Below, piece by piece: positions 30,796 to 39,206 of a DNA stretch of 64,000 nucleotides. Each line of letters begins with the position of its first letter. Position 1 is the first letter of the stretch. The translations under genes were made by a program, and so were the position numbers. The notes below the pieces were generated by a model, which was given only the letters and a program-made list of their open reading frames with translations, searched no databases and had not been told where the DNA came from. Origin of the DNA: a virus; IMG/VR virus record IMGVR_UViG_3300005830_000045, positions 16,480-80,479 of that record, one strand, 5' to 3'.

Positions 30796-32663
30796 TGGTC
30801 GGCAAACTTTCATCTGTTGATCCTCTTGTCCGTGAAATGTATGAAGAAATAGACGCAAAATTTCTTCCATACATCAAATCTAGGGTGTCATCTCTTTCTG
30901 GTGTTGAATTCGATGACGCCGTACAAGAAGCAAGAGTAGCTTTGTTGACCGCGTTGCACGATTATGACTTCAATCGAGCAGGTGGTGATTATCTTCCATT
31001 CATGAAGATTGTCCTTCTGAATACTTGTCGCGGTCTGTGGCTGAAAGAACGTAGGCGCTCAAAAACGCCTTGGGTCGCAAAACGTGATGGCGAGGATTGG
31101 GTTGAAGGCCCATCGAGACCACTTAGCATCCAGCAGTCGAATGATTGCGATGGTCAACGTTTGCCTACTTATGATGCCTTGCCTGATGAAAACGCGATTG
31201 GCGGAGACCACATGATTTGCCATGAGCATTCTTCTATGCGGGTTGAGGATTTCAAAGAGGTGCTTGAGCAGAATTTGAGCGAGTTTGAGCTGGAGGTGTA
31301 TCGCTGTCGTGTGGATGCTCCCAAGGCTTTGATTGAGCAAGTAAAGGCGGATGATGGTGACGTCAACAACATAGGTGTTCTTGATATTGCTAAATTTCTT
31401 GGCGTTGGAAAGAACAAAGTAGATTGGGCGCTGTATAAGATAAAGTCTGCATTTACAGAAGTTGCTGAGAGAATACGCTTCAGCGATGTTTTTGGGGACT
31501 TGGTAAATAGCTCACAATGGCCCGTGGTCCACGTCAGCAAAGGATTTGAACGCAATAAAGAGTTTGTTCGGAGTATTATCAAGGACCGAAATTTAAGTGG
31601 TCTCGTCCTTGACGAGATTTCCGAGGAGTGTGAAAGCGGTGCGCGCACTATCATTTCCTATAAATGGGGCGTTGTCGTCTATATCGAGAGGGCAGAAACA
31701 TGTTGGACGGCAGTCTTGGAAGGTTCATTCAATCCTCGCAGCGGTGATTTGTTTGGTTCTTGCGGAGCAAGGAAGTTGCTACCGATTGAGGGCTATGGGC
31801 AGTTGGCAAAAGATTTGGCAGATGCAAGGAGAAAAGGGATGGCTTCTGTGAACGACGACAGTCAATATGATAGTTTGAAGGTTTTGCCGCATTGTATAAG
31901 CGAGTACGAGAAAGGAGATTTGGTTTGCGACGGGGATGAAAATGCAGAGTTTGATCCCTGTTGCGTCCACAGAGACAATTGTGTTGCTCTCCAATTGCGT
32001 ATGAAGCAAAAGGGGATGAAAAAGGAGCAGTACGTTGTCGAGAAAACAGACTCAGCTGGCACACCATATTGTGCGCCGAAAAGCTTGATGAGTTTCGGCA
32101 AGATTGTTTCCGGCACGATTCGTAATTACGGTGTGCGCGACGGCAAGGCAACTCGCACCCCCAAGGCTAGGCCCAATAAAAACTCAAAGGCAGTTTCTCG
32201 ACACAAGGAGTTGGTAGAAAAGGCCACTTCTGTTGTCGTGGCACGGTCAGAGGGTGCGACTATTATGGATCCTTGGTATGAAAGAGCTTTGGAAATTTTG
32301 TGCGAGAAAACCGGTAGAACGTTTTGTGCAGGCAACGATCCAAGCATAGGACAGTTTTATGCGAAAGACAGGCGTGCCAAAAGCGGATATGTTGGCGTGT
32401 ATTGCAAGACGGAAAAGGGCAGGCATGTGGCGTTGTTTCTTCTCATGTACAAGCCTCGAACAACGACTATGGATTTCAAATGGCCTGTGTCTGTCGATGG
32501 ATTCAAAGGCGTGGGAGAATCAACGATCAAATTGCTGTCTCCGGTCAAGCATAGTGATGGTGCTTTCGTTTCTATTTCAAAAGGTCTTGACGGGGCAGGA
32601 GTATCTCTTGCGGCTGAATCCCTTTCTCGCATGATTTCAAATGGCACAATAGTGCTTCCTTGA
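30792..32663 (+). CDS. Sigma70-family sigma factor with long C-terminal extension
   Basis: Region 2 DDAVQEARVALLTALHDYDFNR; region 4 LSEFELEV...IAKFLGVGKNKVDWALYKIK; about 400 extra residues. Confidence 0.7.
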   Translation: MMVGKLSSVDPLVREMYEEIDAKFLPYIKSRVSSLSGVEFDDAVQEARVALLTALHDYDFNRAGGDYLPFMKIVLLNTCRGLWLKERRRSKTPWVAKRDGEDWVEGPSRPLSIQQSNDCDGQRLPTYDALPDENAIGGDHMICHEHSSMRVEDFKEVLEQNLSEFELEVYRCRVDAPKALIEQVKADDGDVNNIGVLDIAKFLGVGKNKVDWALYKIKSAFTEVAERIRFSDVFGDLVNSSQWPVVHVSKGFERNKEFVRSIIKDRNLSGLVLDEISEECESGARTIISYKWGVVVYIERAETCWTAVLEGSFNPRSGDLFGSCGARKLLPIEGYGQLAKDLADARRKGMASVNDDSQYDSLKVLPHCISEYEKGDLVCDGDENAEFDPCCVHRDNCVALQLRMKQKGMKKEQYVVEKTDSAGTPYCAPKSLMSFGKIVSGTIRNYGVRDGKATRTPKARPNKNSKAVSRHKELVEKATSVVVARSEGATIMDPWYERALEILCEKTGRTFCAGNDPSIGQFYAKDRRAKSGYVGVYCKTEKGRHVALFLLMYKPRTTTMDFKWPVSVDGFKGVGESTIKLLSPVKHSDGAFVSISKGLDGAGVSLAAESLSRMISNGTIVLP

Positions 32664-32676
32664 TCATATAAATCTT

Positions 32677-33030
32677 TTGGAGGTTTTTTCGGTGCACGGT
32701 GACAGAGACTCATATCACGTGGCGGCACCGGGAAGAGATAGAGAGGGGTGTCTCGTCCATGCAATACAGGAGTACAGAAGAGTGAAGTTCGGTGACGATG
32801 TAATCTTGCGCCGGGGTGGCCACCCTGACAAGCGCCCTGGTCAGTTCAGGGATGTGAGGGCCCGCTACATTGGCGCAAGGGGTCACGGGATCTACTGTGA
32901 GTTGCTGCAAGACGATCCAGACGCTGTTGTCCAACCTAAGACAAAGGGGGGCAAAGGATGGTGGTCTCGCAGCATCATGAGGAGAGGTGATTCTGATCTT
33001 GATGGGCCGCCAGAGAAGAGTGATGAGTAA
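32677..33030 (+). CDS. Hypothetical protein
   Basis: Fills the gap and overlaps the next gene. Confidence 0.5.
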   Translation: MEVFSVHGDRDSYHVAAPGRDREGCLVHAIQEYRRVKFGDDVILRRGGHPDKRPGQFRDVRARYIGARGHGIYCELLQDDPDAVVQPKTKGGKGWWSRSIMRRGDSDLDGPPEKSDE

Positions 33031-34111
33031 ACCGAGACTCGAATGTGCTGACTGCGGACATCACATTTGGGATCGTAACATCAAAGAGTACCTGGAAGCC
33101 GTGAAGAGGAAGCGGGATGAAGAATTTATGGAAAGAGTAGTGATAATTGGCGGAGGTGTGTCTGGTCTCCTTGCGTCGTATGTTGTGAAACGCTATGGAA
33201 GAAGGGTGAAAGTCATAGAGGAAGCAAAGCCAGGTGGCGACTTTCTTTTGGGAGGTTTGAAGTATATACACAGAACGGTCAGAATGGAAGGTTTATTCAA
33301 TGAACTTTCACTTCCATGGAGCCATTATAGGGTCAATGGCGGAATAATGCTGAAGGGGAAAGTTGAACCATATCCGAAATGTCTTCAGTTTATGAGTAAA
33401 GAAGAAGCAATGAGGATACAAGAAGATCATTACAGAAAAACGAGAAAGTCAGAGCCTGGAAAGTTTGGATCAAAGGCCATGAATGATCCGGCAGCGAAAG
33501 TTTCTAGGCGGGCAATTCGTTGTGACTTTGAAGAAATGATTAAAGAATTGGCGAAAAGAGCAGACATAGTCAAAGCTCGTGTTTCTTTTATTGAGTCAAA
33601 AAGAAATAGGGTGAAAACATTTGATGGTGAGTTTATCTATTATGACCGTTTGATCGTAACTATTCCTCTTTGGATTGTTCATCATATTGCTGACTTTTAT
33701 GTTCCGCAAGGGATGGCGATGTCTCTGAACATTTTGGATGTTATTCCAAATAGAGATAGATATGCTCGATGGGATTACATTTACACCCCTTACACTCCGT
33801 CAAGCGCGGTTCATCGTTTGAGCCCAAGTGATCATGGATATAGCATCGAGATCAATGGTGATTGGGCCCAACAAGAAAGAGCTACGTGTAACGATTTGGC
33901 CTTTCTTTTCCCTGACGGGTTTGTCGTTCGTGGTGCTAAGATTGGCACAAAGGGGCATTTGCTTGAGCTCGTGGTAAAGCCTGATTGGCCTGAAAATGTT
34001 ACGCCTTTGGGCCGTTTCGCGCAATGGGATCCACGAGCAACAACTGATGTCACTTTGGACAATATTCATAAGATGGCAAAGGGCTGGGGATGGAAAAAGA
34101 TTCCTTATTGA
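33023..34111 (+). CDS. FAD/NAD(P)-binding oxidoreductase (UDP-galactopyranose mutase/HemY-like fold)
   Basis: VVIIGGGVSGL, IEE...GG, YDRLIVTIP, LGRFAQW. Confidence 0.8.
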   Translation: MSKPRLECADCGHHIWDRNIKEYLEAVKRKRDEEFMERVVIIGGGVSGLLASYVVKRYGRRVKVIEEAKPGGDFLLGGLKYIHRTVRMEGLFNELSLPWSHYRVNGGIMLKGKVEPYPKCLQFMSKEEAMRIQEDHYRKTRKSEPGKFGSKAMNDPAAKVSRRAIRCDFEEMIKELAKRADIVKARVSFIESKRNRVKTFDGEFIYYDRLIVTIPLWIVHHIADFYVPQGMAMSLNILDVIPNRDRYARWDYIYTPYTPSSAVHRLSPSDHGYSIEINGDWAQQERATCNDLAFLFPDGFVVRGAKIGTKGHLLELVVKPDWPENVTPLGRFAQWDPRATTDVTLDNIHKMAKGWGWKKIPY

Positions 34112-35016
34112 GAATGTGGGAGATTCAAAAGCAACAACAAGCTGATCTTGGTCTTGATCCTCGTTACATGAACGGCGTGAATAAACGTGTTGCCGCTGGT
34201 GAGTTGATACAGGGGCTGTACGAGGAGTTGTCAGAGCTTCAACGGTATGCCTCGACATATAAGAGGCACATTCTGTCGGTTGAAGGCGTCAACAAAGGGA
34301 ATGTCACGGAAGAAATCGTTGACGTGTTAAAACTTCTCATTTCGGTGGCCCAGCTCCATGGCATTTCTCCGGTTGATCTTGTGAGCGCTTTTGAGAGAAA
34401 GACACGAGTGATAGCAGCTAAGGCAGAGGGGCAACGGGTTGAGTTGTGTGTAAACACGAAAGTCCTCTGCGTGGATATGGATGATGTCATCGCTGATCTT
34501 TCCCCTTGGGTGAAGGAGCAACAGGAACTAAGAGGTGATGCCCCGATGAATGCCAAGACTATGCAGTTGGTGGAAGCGTGGAAAGGTGATTGGTATCGTT
34601 TAGGACGTTTTTTGGAATTGAGGCCGATTGAAGGCGCATCTACAGCGCTTGGCGTTGTGAAAAGTTGGGGGTGGAAAGTTATCATTATCACGGCAAGACC
34701 GCAATGGCAATACAAGCGTATTTACGCAGACACTCTTGAGTGGCTTCGGGCGCACGAAGTTCCGCATGATTTGATACTTTTCAATAAGGACAAAGTTGAA
34801 GCTATATATGATCACATATCTCCTGCTTGGCCGGTTGCTTTTGTTGAAGATCAGGAAAGAAACGCTGTTCAACTCAGCGCGGCTGGAGTAAAGGTGTTAT
34901 TATTCGATACGGAACGCAATCAAGATTTCGTGTTGCCAAACGGCGTGCAAAGGGTTGCGAACTGGACAGAAGTTCTTTTAGCTTTGGAAAAAAGAAAGAA
35001 AGGGGGGCGCCGATGA
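34090..35016 (+). CDS. All-alpha NTP pyrophosphatase (dimeric dUTPase/dCTPase/MazG-like) fused to NT5C-like HAD nucleotidase
   Basis: EELSEL...EEIVDVLK; then VDMDDVIADL, IITAR, KDK, FVEDQ. Confidence 0.8.
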   Translation: MEKDSLLRMWEIQKQQQADLGLDPRYMNGVNKRVAAGELIQGLYEELSELQRYASTYKRHILSVEGVNKGNVTEEIVDVLKLLISVAQLHGISPVDLVSAFERKTRVIAAKAEGQRVELCVNTKVLCVDMDDVIADLSPWVKEQQELRGDAPMNAKTMQLVEAWKGDWYRLGRFLELRPIEGASTALGVVKSWGWKVIIITARPQWQYKRIYADTLEWLRAHEVPHDLILFNKDKVEAIYDHISPAWPVAFVEDQERNAVQLSAAGVKVLLFDTERNQDFVLPNGVQRVANWTEVLLALEKRKKGGRR

Positions 35017-35969
35017 ATGAAAAGCCCAAAGTCACCTTGCTTACTTGGACCATGAATCCTTTGGAAACGGTTTACTCTGTTTGGCAAGCCTCGAAAAGCG
35101 AGGATGAGCTGGTTACGCCTTTCAATGTGAAAACATCAGTCTCGCAGGAAGAAGTTGAAAGACTTTTCAGGGCTGTAATTGCCCAGCGTATTCCGATTGG
35201 GGAGCATGTTGATTTCGTTTTCATGCTTGAAAACGTCAGTGTGAGTTGGCGCGAACAAGCTGTGCGACACAGGATTGGAACGCTTCCAAGCCCAGAGCGT
35301 GTCGGCGTGGACATTGTCATGGATCAAATTCCAGATTTGCCGGACAGTTCATTTTGGTCGCAGTCGATGAGAATACAAAATATGAGCAACTTCGCCAGAA
35401 AAGGCGCTTACAGGTTGCCTGAGACAGTTATAGAGGCAGGGCCTGAAATGGTTTCTCTTTATAAAGAAACTATGAGGTTGATCGAGAGGACATATGCGGT
35501 TTTGGTTGAAGAAGGTGTTCCTATGGAGGATGCCCGTGAACTTATTCCTCTTGGCGCCCAACACAGAATTAGTTGGCGGCTCAATATAGGTTCCCTGCAA
35601 CATATCGTTGGGAAGCGAGGGTGTTGGATTCTCCAGCTTGGAATTTGGGGGCCTGTGATTACGGGGATGGTCAACGAATTGGCGACAAAGGTCCATCCGG
35701 TTTTCAGAGAATTGGTTGCGCCTCCTTGTTTGAAAGGCGATGAGTTTATGGGGTGTATTTACCATGAGGAGTGTCGCAGGCGTTATACTGGTGATGATGC
35801 GCTTCCGCCTTGCCCGCTTCATCTTACCTATCATGAATTGCCTGCCAAGGGGTTGGAATACGTTGAAGCACAATTCTTATATCCTCGTATGGAAGAAATG
35901 GAGGAACGAGCGGAGCAGTATCGCGTTTTTTGGGGCAGAGATCCGTATACAGGAGAAAGGTTGTGTTAG
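35013..35969 (+). CDS. Divergent ThyX-family flavoenzyme
   Basis: EHVDFVF, EQAVRHR, SFWSQSMR, GVPMEDARELIP, Cys-rich C-terminus; insertion in the signature motif. Confidence 0.8.
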   Translation: MNEKPKVTLLTWTMNPLETVYSVWQASKSEDELVTPFNVKTSVSQEEVERLFRAVIAQRIPIGEHVDFVFMLENVSVSWREQAVRHRIGTLPSPERVGVDIVMDQIPDLPDSSFWSQSMRIQNMSNFARKGAYRLPETVIEAGPEMVSLYKETMRLIERTYAVLVEEGVPMEDARELIPLGAQHRISWRLNIGSLQHIVGKRGCWILQLGIWGPVITGMVNELATKVHPVFRELVAPPCLKGDEFMGCIYHEECRRRYTGDDALPPCPLHLTYHELPAKGLEYVEAQFLYPRMEEMEERAEQYRVFWGRDPYTGERLC

Positions 35970-36176
35970 ATGGGACGAAAGATTCATTGGTCTGGCGGGG
36001 TGATGTTGTCTATGGTTAGGATGCTTCGTGGGTATCCTTGTTGCTGTTCTGGAGACAAGGCGCTCAAAATCAGGTCTTTTGGGAACCAAACAGAAAAACG
36101 TGAAGACGTAACATGCAAGGATTGCTTAGGCATTCTAAAAAGGCAGGATAAGTACCATGAAGATCACAACTGTTGA
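35970..36176 (+). CDS. Small Cys-containing hypothetical protein
   Basis: H...CC...VTCKDC, possible Zn site; coupled to both neighbours. Confidence 0.55.
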   Translation: MGRKIHWSGGVMLSMVRMLRGYPCCCSGDKALKIRSFGNQTEKREDVTCKDCLGILKRQDKYHEDHNC

Positions 36177-36909
36177 TTTGGGAGGAATATGCGTGGCGAA
36201 AGTTGTTGATAGTCGCACAGGAGAATTTGATCGTGCTCGTATTAGAGATAATGCTCCGCATTCGCATTATGCTCTTGATCGTGAGGATATTCACATTGAG
36301 CTTGCTGCCTTTGAAAAGGTTTGCAGGAGAATAGGAGAGCGTAGTGATTGGACCGTATTCGAGCCATTTGGTGGTTCTGGTTGGCATTCTTCTTTGATCA
36401 GGCGTTTGGTTGGTCCAAGAAAGCAATTTGTGGTTGATATTTCAAAGGATTGCATTCGTTCTGTTTGTGCTGGTTTGAAAGGCAATCGTGGTGTGATTGC
36501 TATTTGCGGAGATGGCTGTGATTACCTAAGGCATTCCAAGTGGAAATTCAATTGGATTCACGCTGATTTCAATATTTGGACGGCTGAAGACATGAGTCTT
36601 GACCCTGAGTTGCGTGGCACTTGGAATGCTCTCTTTGAAATGGCAACGGATTGTATTACTTTCACGGACACTACGCATTATCACCTGGCTAATAGTCCTG
36701 TTGTGTATTGGTATGATGAAGTTGATCGTTGGATCAAGGTCACGAAGGGTTGGAAAGTTGATTTCGTGTTCGATTGGGGGCCAGCGGCCATGCATGTGCT
36801 TTCTCCTTTGAAGGAGAAAGAAAAAGAGGTTTTCGCAAAACCGCTCATAGTACAGGTCAGGGAACCTATGAAGGTAACAGTTTTGAGAGAGGAGAGCAGT
36901 GATGAGTAA
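36157..36909 (+). CDS. Class I SAM-dependent methyltransferase-fold protein
   Basis: VFEPFGGSG (motif I), VVDIS (II), CGDG (III), WIHADFN in place of DPPY. Confidence 0.6.
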   Translation: MKITTVDLGGICVAKVVDSRTGEFDRARIRDNAPHSHYALDREDIHIELAAFEKVCRRIGERSDWTVFEPFGGSGWHSSLIRRLVGPRKQFVVDISKDCIRSVCAGLKGNRGVIAICGDGCDYLRHSKWKFNWIHADFNIWTAEDMSLDPELRGTWNALFEMATDCITFTDTTHYHLANSPVVYWYDEVDRWIKVTKGWKVDFVFDWGPAAMHVLSPLKEKEKEVFAKPLIVQVREPMKVTVLREESSDE

Positions 36910-38260
36910 TCAGAATGAAGACACGACCATTGACACTATGGTATTCAACAAGCGTTTGATGAATAACATTGTCAGACTTCCTTTTGAAGTTGAAACAGCT
37001 CGTGGTTCTGCTATTCGTACTGTTCAGGGGCACGTTTTGTTGGATTTCTGGGGCGATGAAGGCGTATGTAGTCTTGGATACAACACAGAAGAATACAGAA
37101 GGATAGTGGATAATTTTCACAGCAGTGGACAACCGCATCAGTTGCCAGATGTTTATCCCCAGACCTCCAGATTCAACGCAGCAGAGAAGATTTGCCAGAT
37201 GACAGATATGGACCGCATCTTTTTCGCAAATAGCGGTACAGAAGCGAATGAAGCAGCCATCAAAATTGCAAGAAAATTTTGGTGGGATAAGTATAGCAAT
37301 ATATATAGAGAAGGAAGAATAAAGTCAAATAAAGCGTACGCACGGCGGCATATAGTTCTCACAATTGCCGGAAACTTTCATGGCAGAACTGGGCTAAGCA
37401 GCGCGGCAAGCGACCCAAGGGTCAGTCCGTATCACCATTGGGGGTTTGGCCCGAAGCCAAAAGGTTTTGGCGTTATCGACGATAAGACTTTCCTTCAAGT
37501 CGTTACAGACGGCGATGTCCATGAAGATTATCCGATTGAACCTGATTGGTCCAACGTTGCTGCTGTGATTCTTGCTCCGGTTTTGGGAAACAATTTGGTA
37601 AAGACATATTCTAAAAGCTTTTGGGAGGAACTTGGAGCTTTGAGGAAGAAGCACGGATTTCTTATTATCCACGATGACGTTCAAGCCGGAAGCGGAAGAG
37701 CAGGTTGGCCAGCAACGTATCAAGGGATTTCTGTCTTTGATTCGAGGTTTGAAAGCTTGGTCAAACCAGACATATTGTGTCTCGGGAAAGGCATGGCTCT
37801 TGGCTATCCAATGAGCGCGATGCTTGCCTCTGAAGAAGTTGCTTCCGCTTTTACTCCCGGTGTCCACTTCAACACTTTTGGAGGCAGCCCTTTCGTTTGT
37901 TATCTTGCCGAGCAATATTATAGTTGGCTTGAATTGGAACTTCCGAAAGTCAGAGATTTGGGCGAGGCAATTCGTTTGCGTTTCTCTGAAATGGCCTGGA
38001 TCAAGGAGCATGACGGGTCTGGTTTGCTCAACGCTTTCACGCCTAATTTCGGGAAGTATGGATATGATGGTTTTGAGTTTTGTCACAAGGCTCGTGATTT
38101 CGGCATTAGCATTGTGACCCATCGACGATATGGGCCAATTCGATTCACGCCTCCAATGAACGTTGCTCCTGATGAGATTGCTACCGCCTTTATTGCGTTG
38201 GAAAGAACACACAAGTTTTTGACAAAAGAACACAGAAGCTTTAGGTTGGAGGATGAATAG
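36899..38260 (+). CDS. Class III PLP aminotransferase (ArgD/OAT-like)
   Basis: NSGTEANEAAIK, FHGRT, HDDVQAGSGRAG, PDILCLGKG (PLP Lys), HFNTFGGSP, RFTPP. Confidence 0.92.
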   Translation: MMSNQNEDTTIDTMVFNKRLMNNIVRLPFEVETARGSAIRTVQGHVLLDFWGDEGVCSLGYNTEEYRRIVDNFHSSGQPHQLPDVYPQTSRFNAAEKICQMTDMDRIFFANSGTEANEAAIKIARKFWWDKYSNIYREGRIKSNKAYARRHIVLTIAGNFHGRTGLSSAASDPRVSPYHHWGFGPKPKGFGVIDDKTFLQVVTDGDVHEDYPIEPDWSNVAAVILAPVLGNNLVKTYSKSFWEELGALRKKHGFLIIHDDVQAGSGRAGWPATYQGISVFDSRFESLVKPDILCLGKGMALGYPMSAMLASEEVASAFTPGVHFNTFGGSPFVCYLAEQYYSWLELELPKVRDLGEAIRLRFSEMAWIKEHDGSGLLNAFTPNFGKYGYDGFEFCHKARDFGISIVTHRRYGPIRFTPPMNVAPDEIATAFIALERTHKFLTKEHRSFRLEDE

Positions 38261-38840
38261 CGTAGTGATACTGGACGGGTTGAATGCAAGCGGAAAGACA
38301 TTCTGCGCGGAAACGCTTTCTGAATTGCTTCCAGCCCCAATAATACGTCCATTTAGAGAAAACAATGAGCATCTTGGAAGAGAAGATAAAGGCGCTCAAG
38401 AAAACCTACACAAACTTGGCATCCCGGCCAATACGTTTGTCGATGATGCTTATACGTCTGACTTTTTGGTTCAAACAGGAGTAAGCGCTGTTTTGGACCG
38501 TTCTATGGGTTCTGGCATTGCCTATGGCCTTCTGTACGGAAACATTGCGAATATGAAGCACGCCAGAGAATTGTTGTCGCTTTGGCAAGAGAGCATCACG
38601 AGGTATAACGGAAACATTTTGTATGTGTATATGATTGCTCGGAAAGAAGTCAGGAAGAAAAGGTGTAAAGCTGAAGGAAGATGGCACCCTAACGCTTCAC
38701 AGGACAAACTGCTTTATAAAGTCTTTGATCTTGTTTTTAGGTGTATTGAATTTGAAAAGATATTGGTTGATTCTTCCGATATAGCCCAGGAATGCATTGG
38801 TCCGGTTGTTGCGAAGAAGATAATCAAAAGACTGAGGTGA
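38253..38840 (+). CDS. dNMP (thymidylate-like) kinase
   Basis: LDGLNASGKT P-loop; VLDRSMGSGIAYG. Confidence 0.8.
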   Translation: MNSVVILDGLNASGKTFCAETLSELLPAPIIRPFRENNEHLGREDKGAQENLHKLGIPANTFVDDAYTSDFLVQTGVSAVLDRSMGSGIAYGLLYGNIANMKHARELLSLWQESITRYNGNILYVYMIARKEVRKKRCKAEGRWHPNASQDKLLYKVFDLVFRCIEFEKILVDSSDIAQECIGPVVAKKIIKRLR

Positions 38841-38843
38841 TTC

Positions 38844-39206
38844 ATGTTTAAGTCGTTAGAAGAAATGAGAGAGCAACTTCGCAGAGGGATTGCAACCAGG
38901 TGTTCAAAAGTGGTGGATTCAAGGGAAGATTCAAGCTCTGGAAGCGAGACAATAGCTGGGCAGATGTCTCTGGTTGGTGATCCAGTTGCAGACTTTGAAA
39001 ACGCAGACACGCGCTTGTATCTTGATGAGGAAGAAGAAGAAAAGGAGAAAGGTCCATGGAGCGGTACGCTTCCTGCTGTTGTGAAGCACGTTGAGGAGAA
39101 GTATGGGCCAATAAAGGGCAGACACGTTGATATTATTGTTGTTGATGATATCATTGTCGATAAAGAAGATATCAGAGCGAGGGGGAAGAATAGTGGGAAA
39201 AGCTGA
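38844..39206 (+). CDS. Hypothetical protein
   Basis: GAGGT SD; acidic; ends with KGRHVDIIVVDD. Confidence 0.55.
   Translation: MFKSLEEMREQLRRGIATRCSKVVDSREDSSSGSETIAGQMSLVGDPVADFENADTRLYLDEEEEEKEKGPWSGTLPAVVKHVEEKYGPIKGRHVDIIVVDDIIVDKEDIRARGKNSGKS

Noticed and set aside
37394-38365. 323-aa antisense ORF over the aminotransferase
   Set aside because: It has no motif or SD, opposes the uniform gene orientation, and mirrors a well-supported gene.
33023-38840. Known modification pathways (5hmU hypermodification, glycosyl-hmC, 7-deazaguanine, 2-aminoadenine)
   Set aside because: No ThyA-type hydroxymethylase, aGPT-Pplase, glycosyltransferase, FolE/QueCDE/DpdA or PurZ motifs are seen in this window; they could lie outside it.
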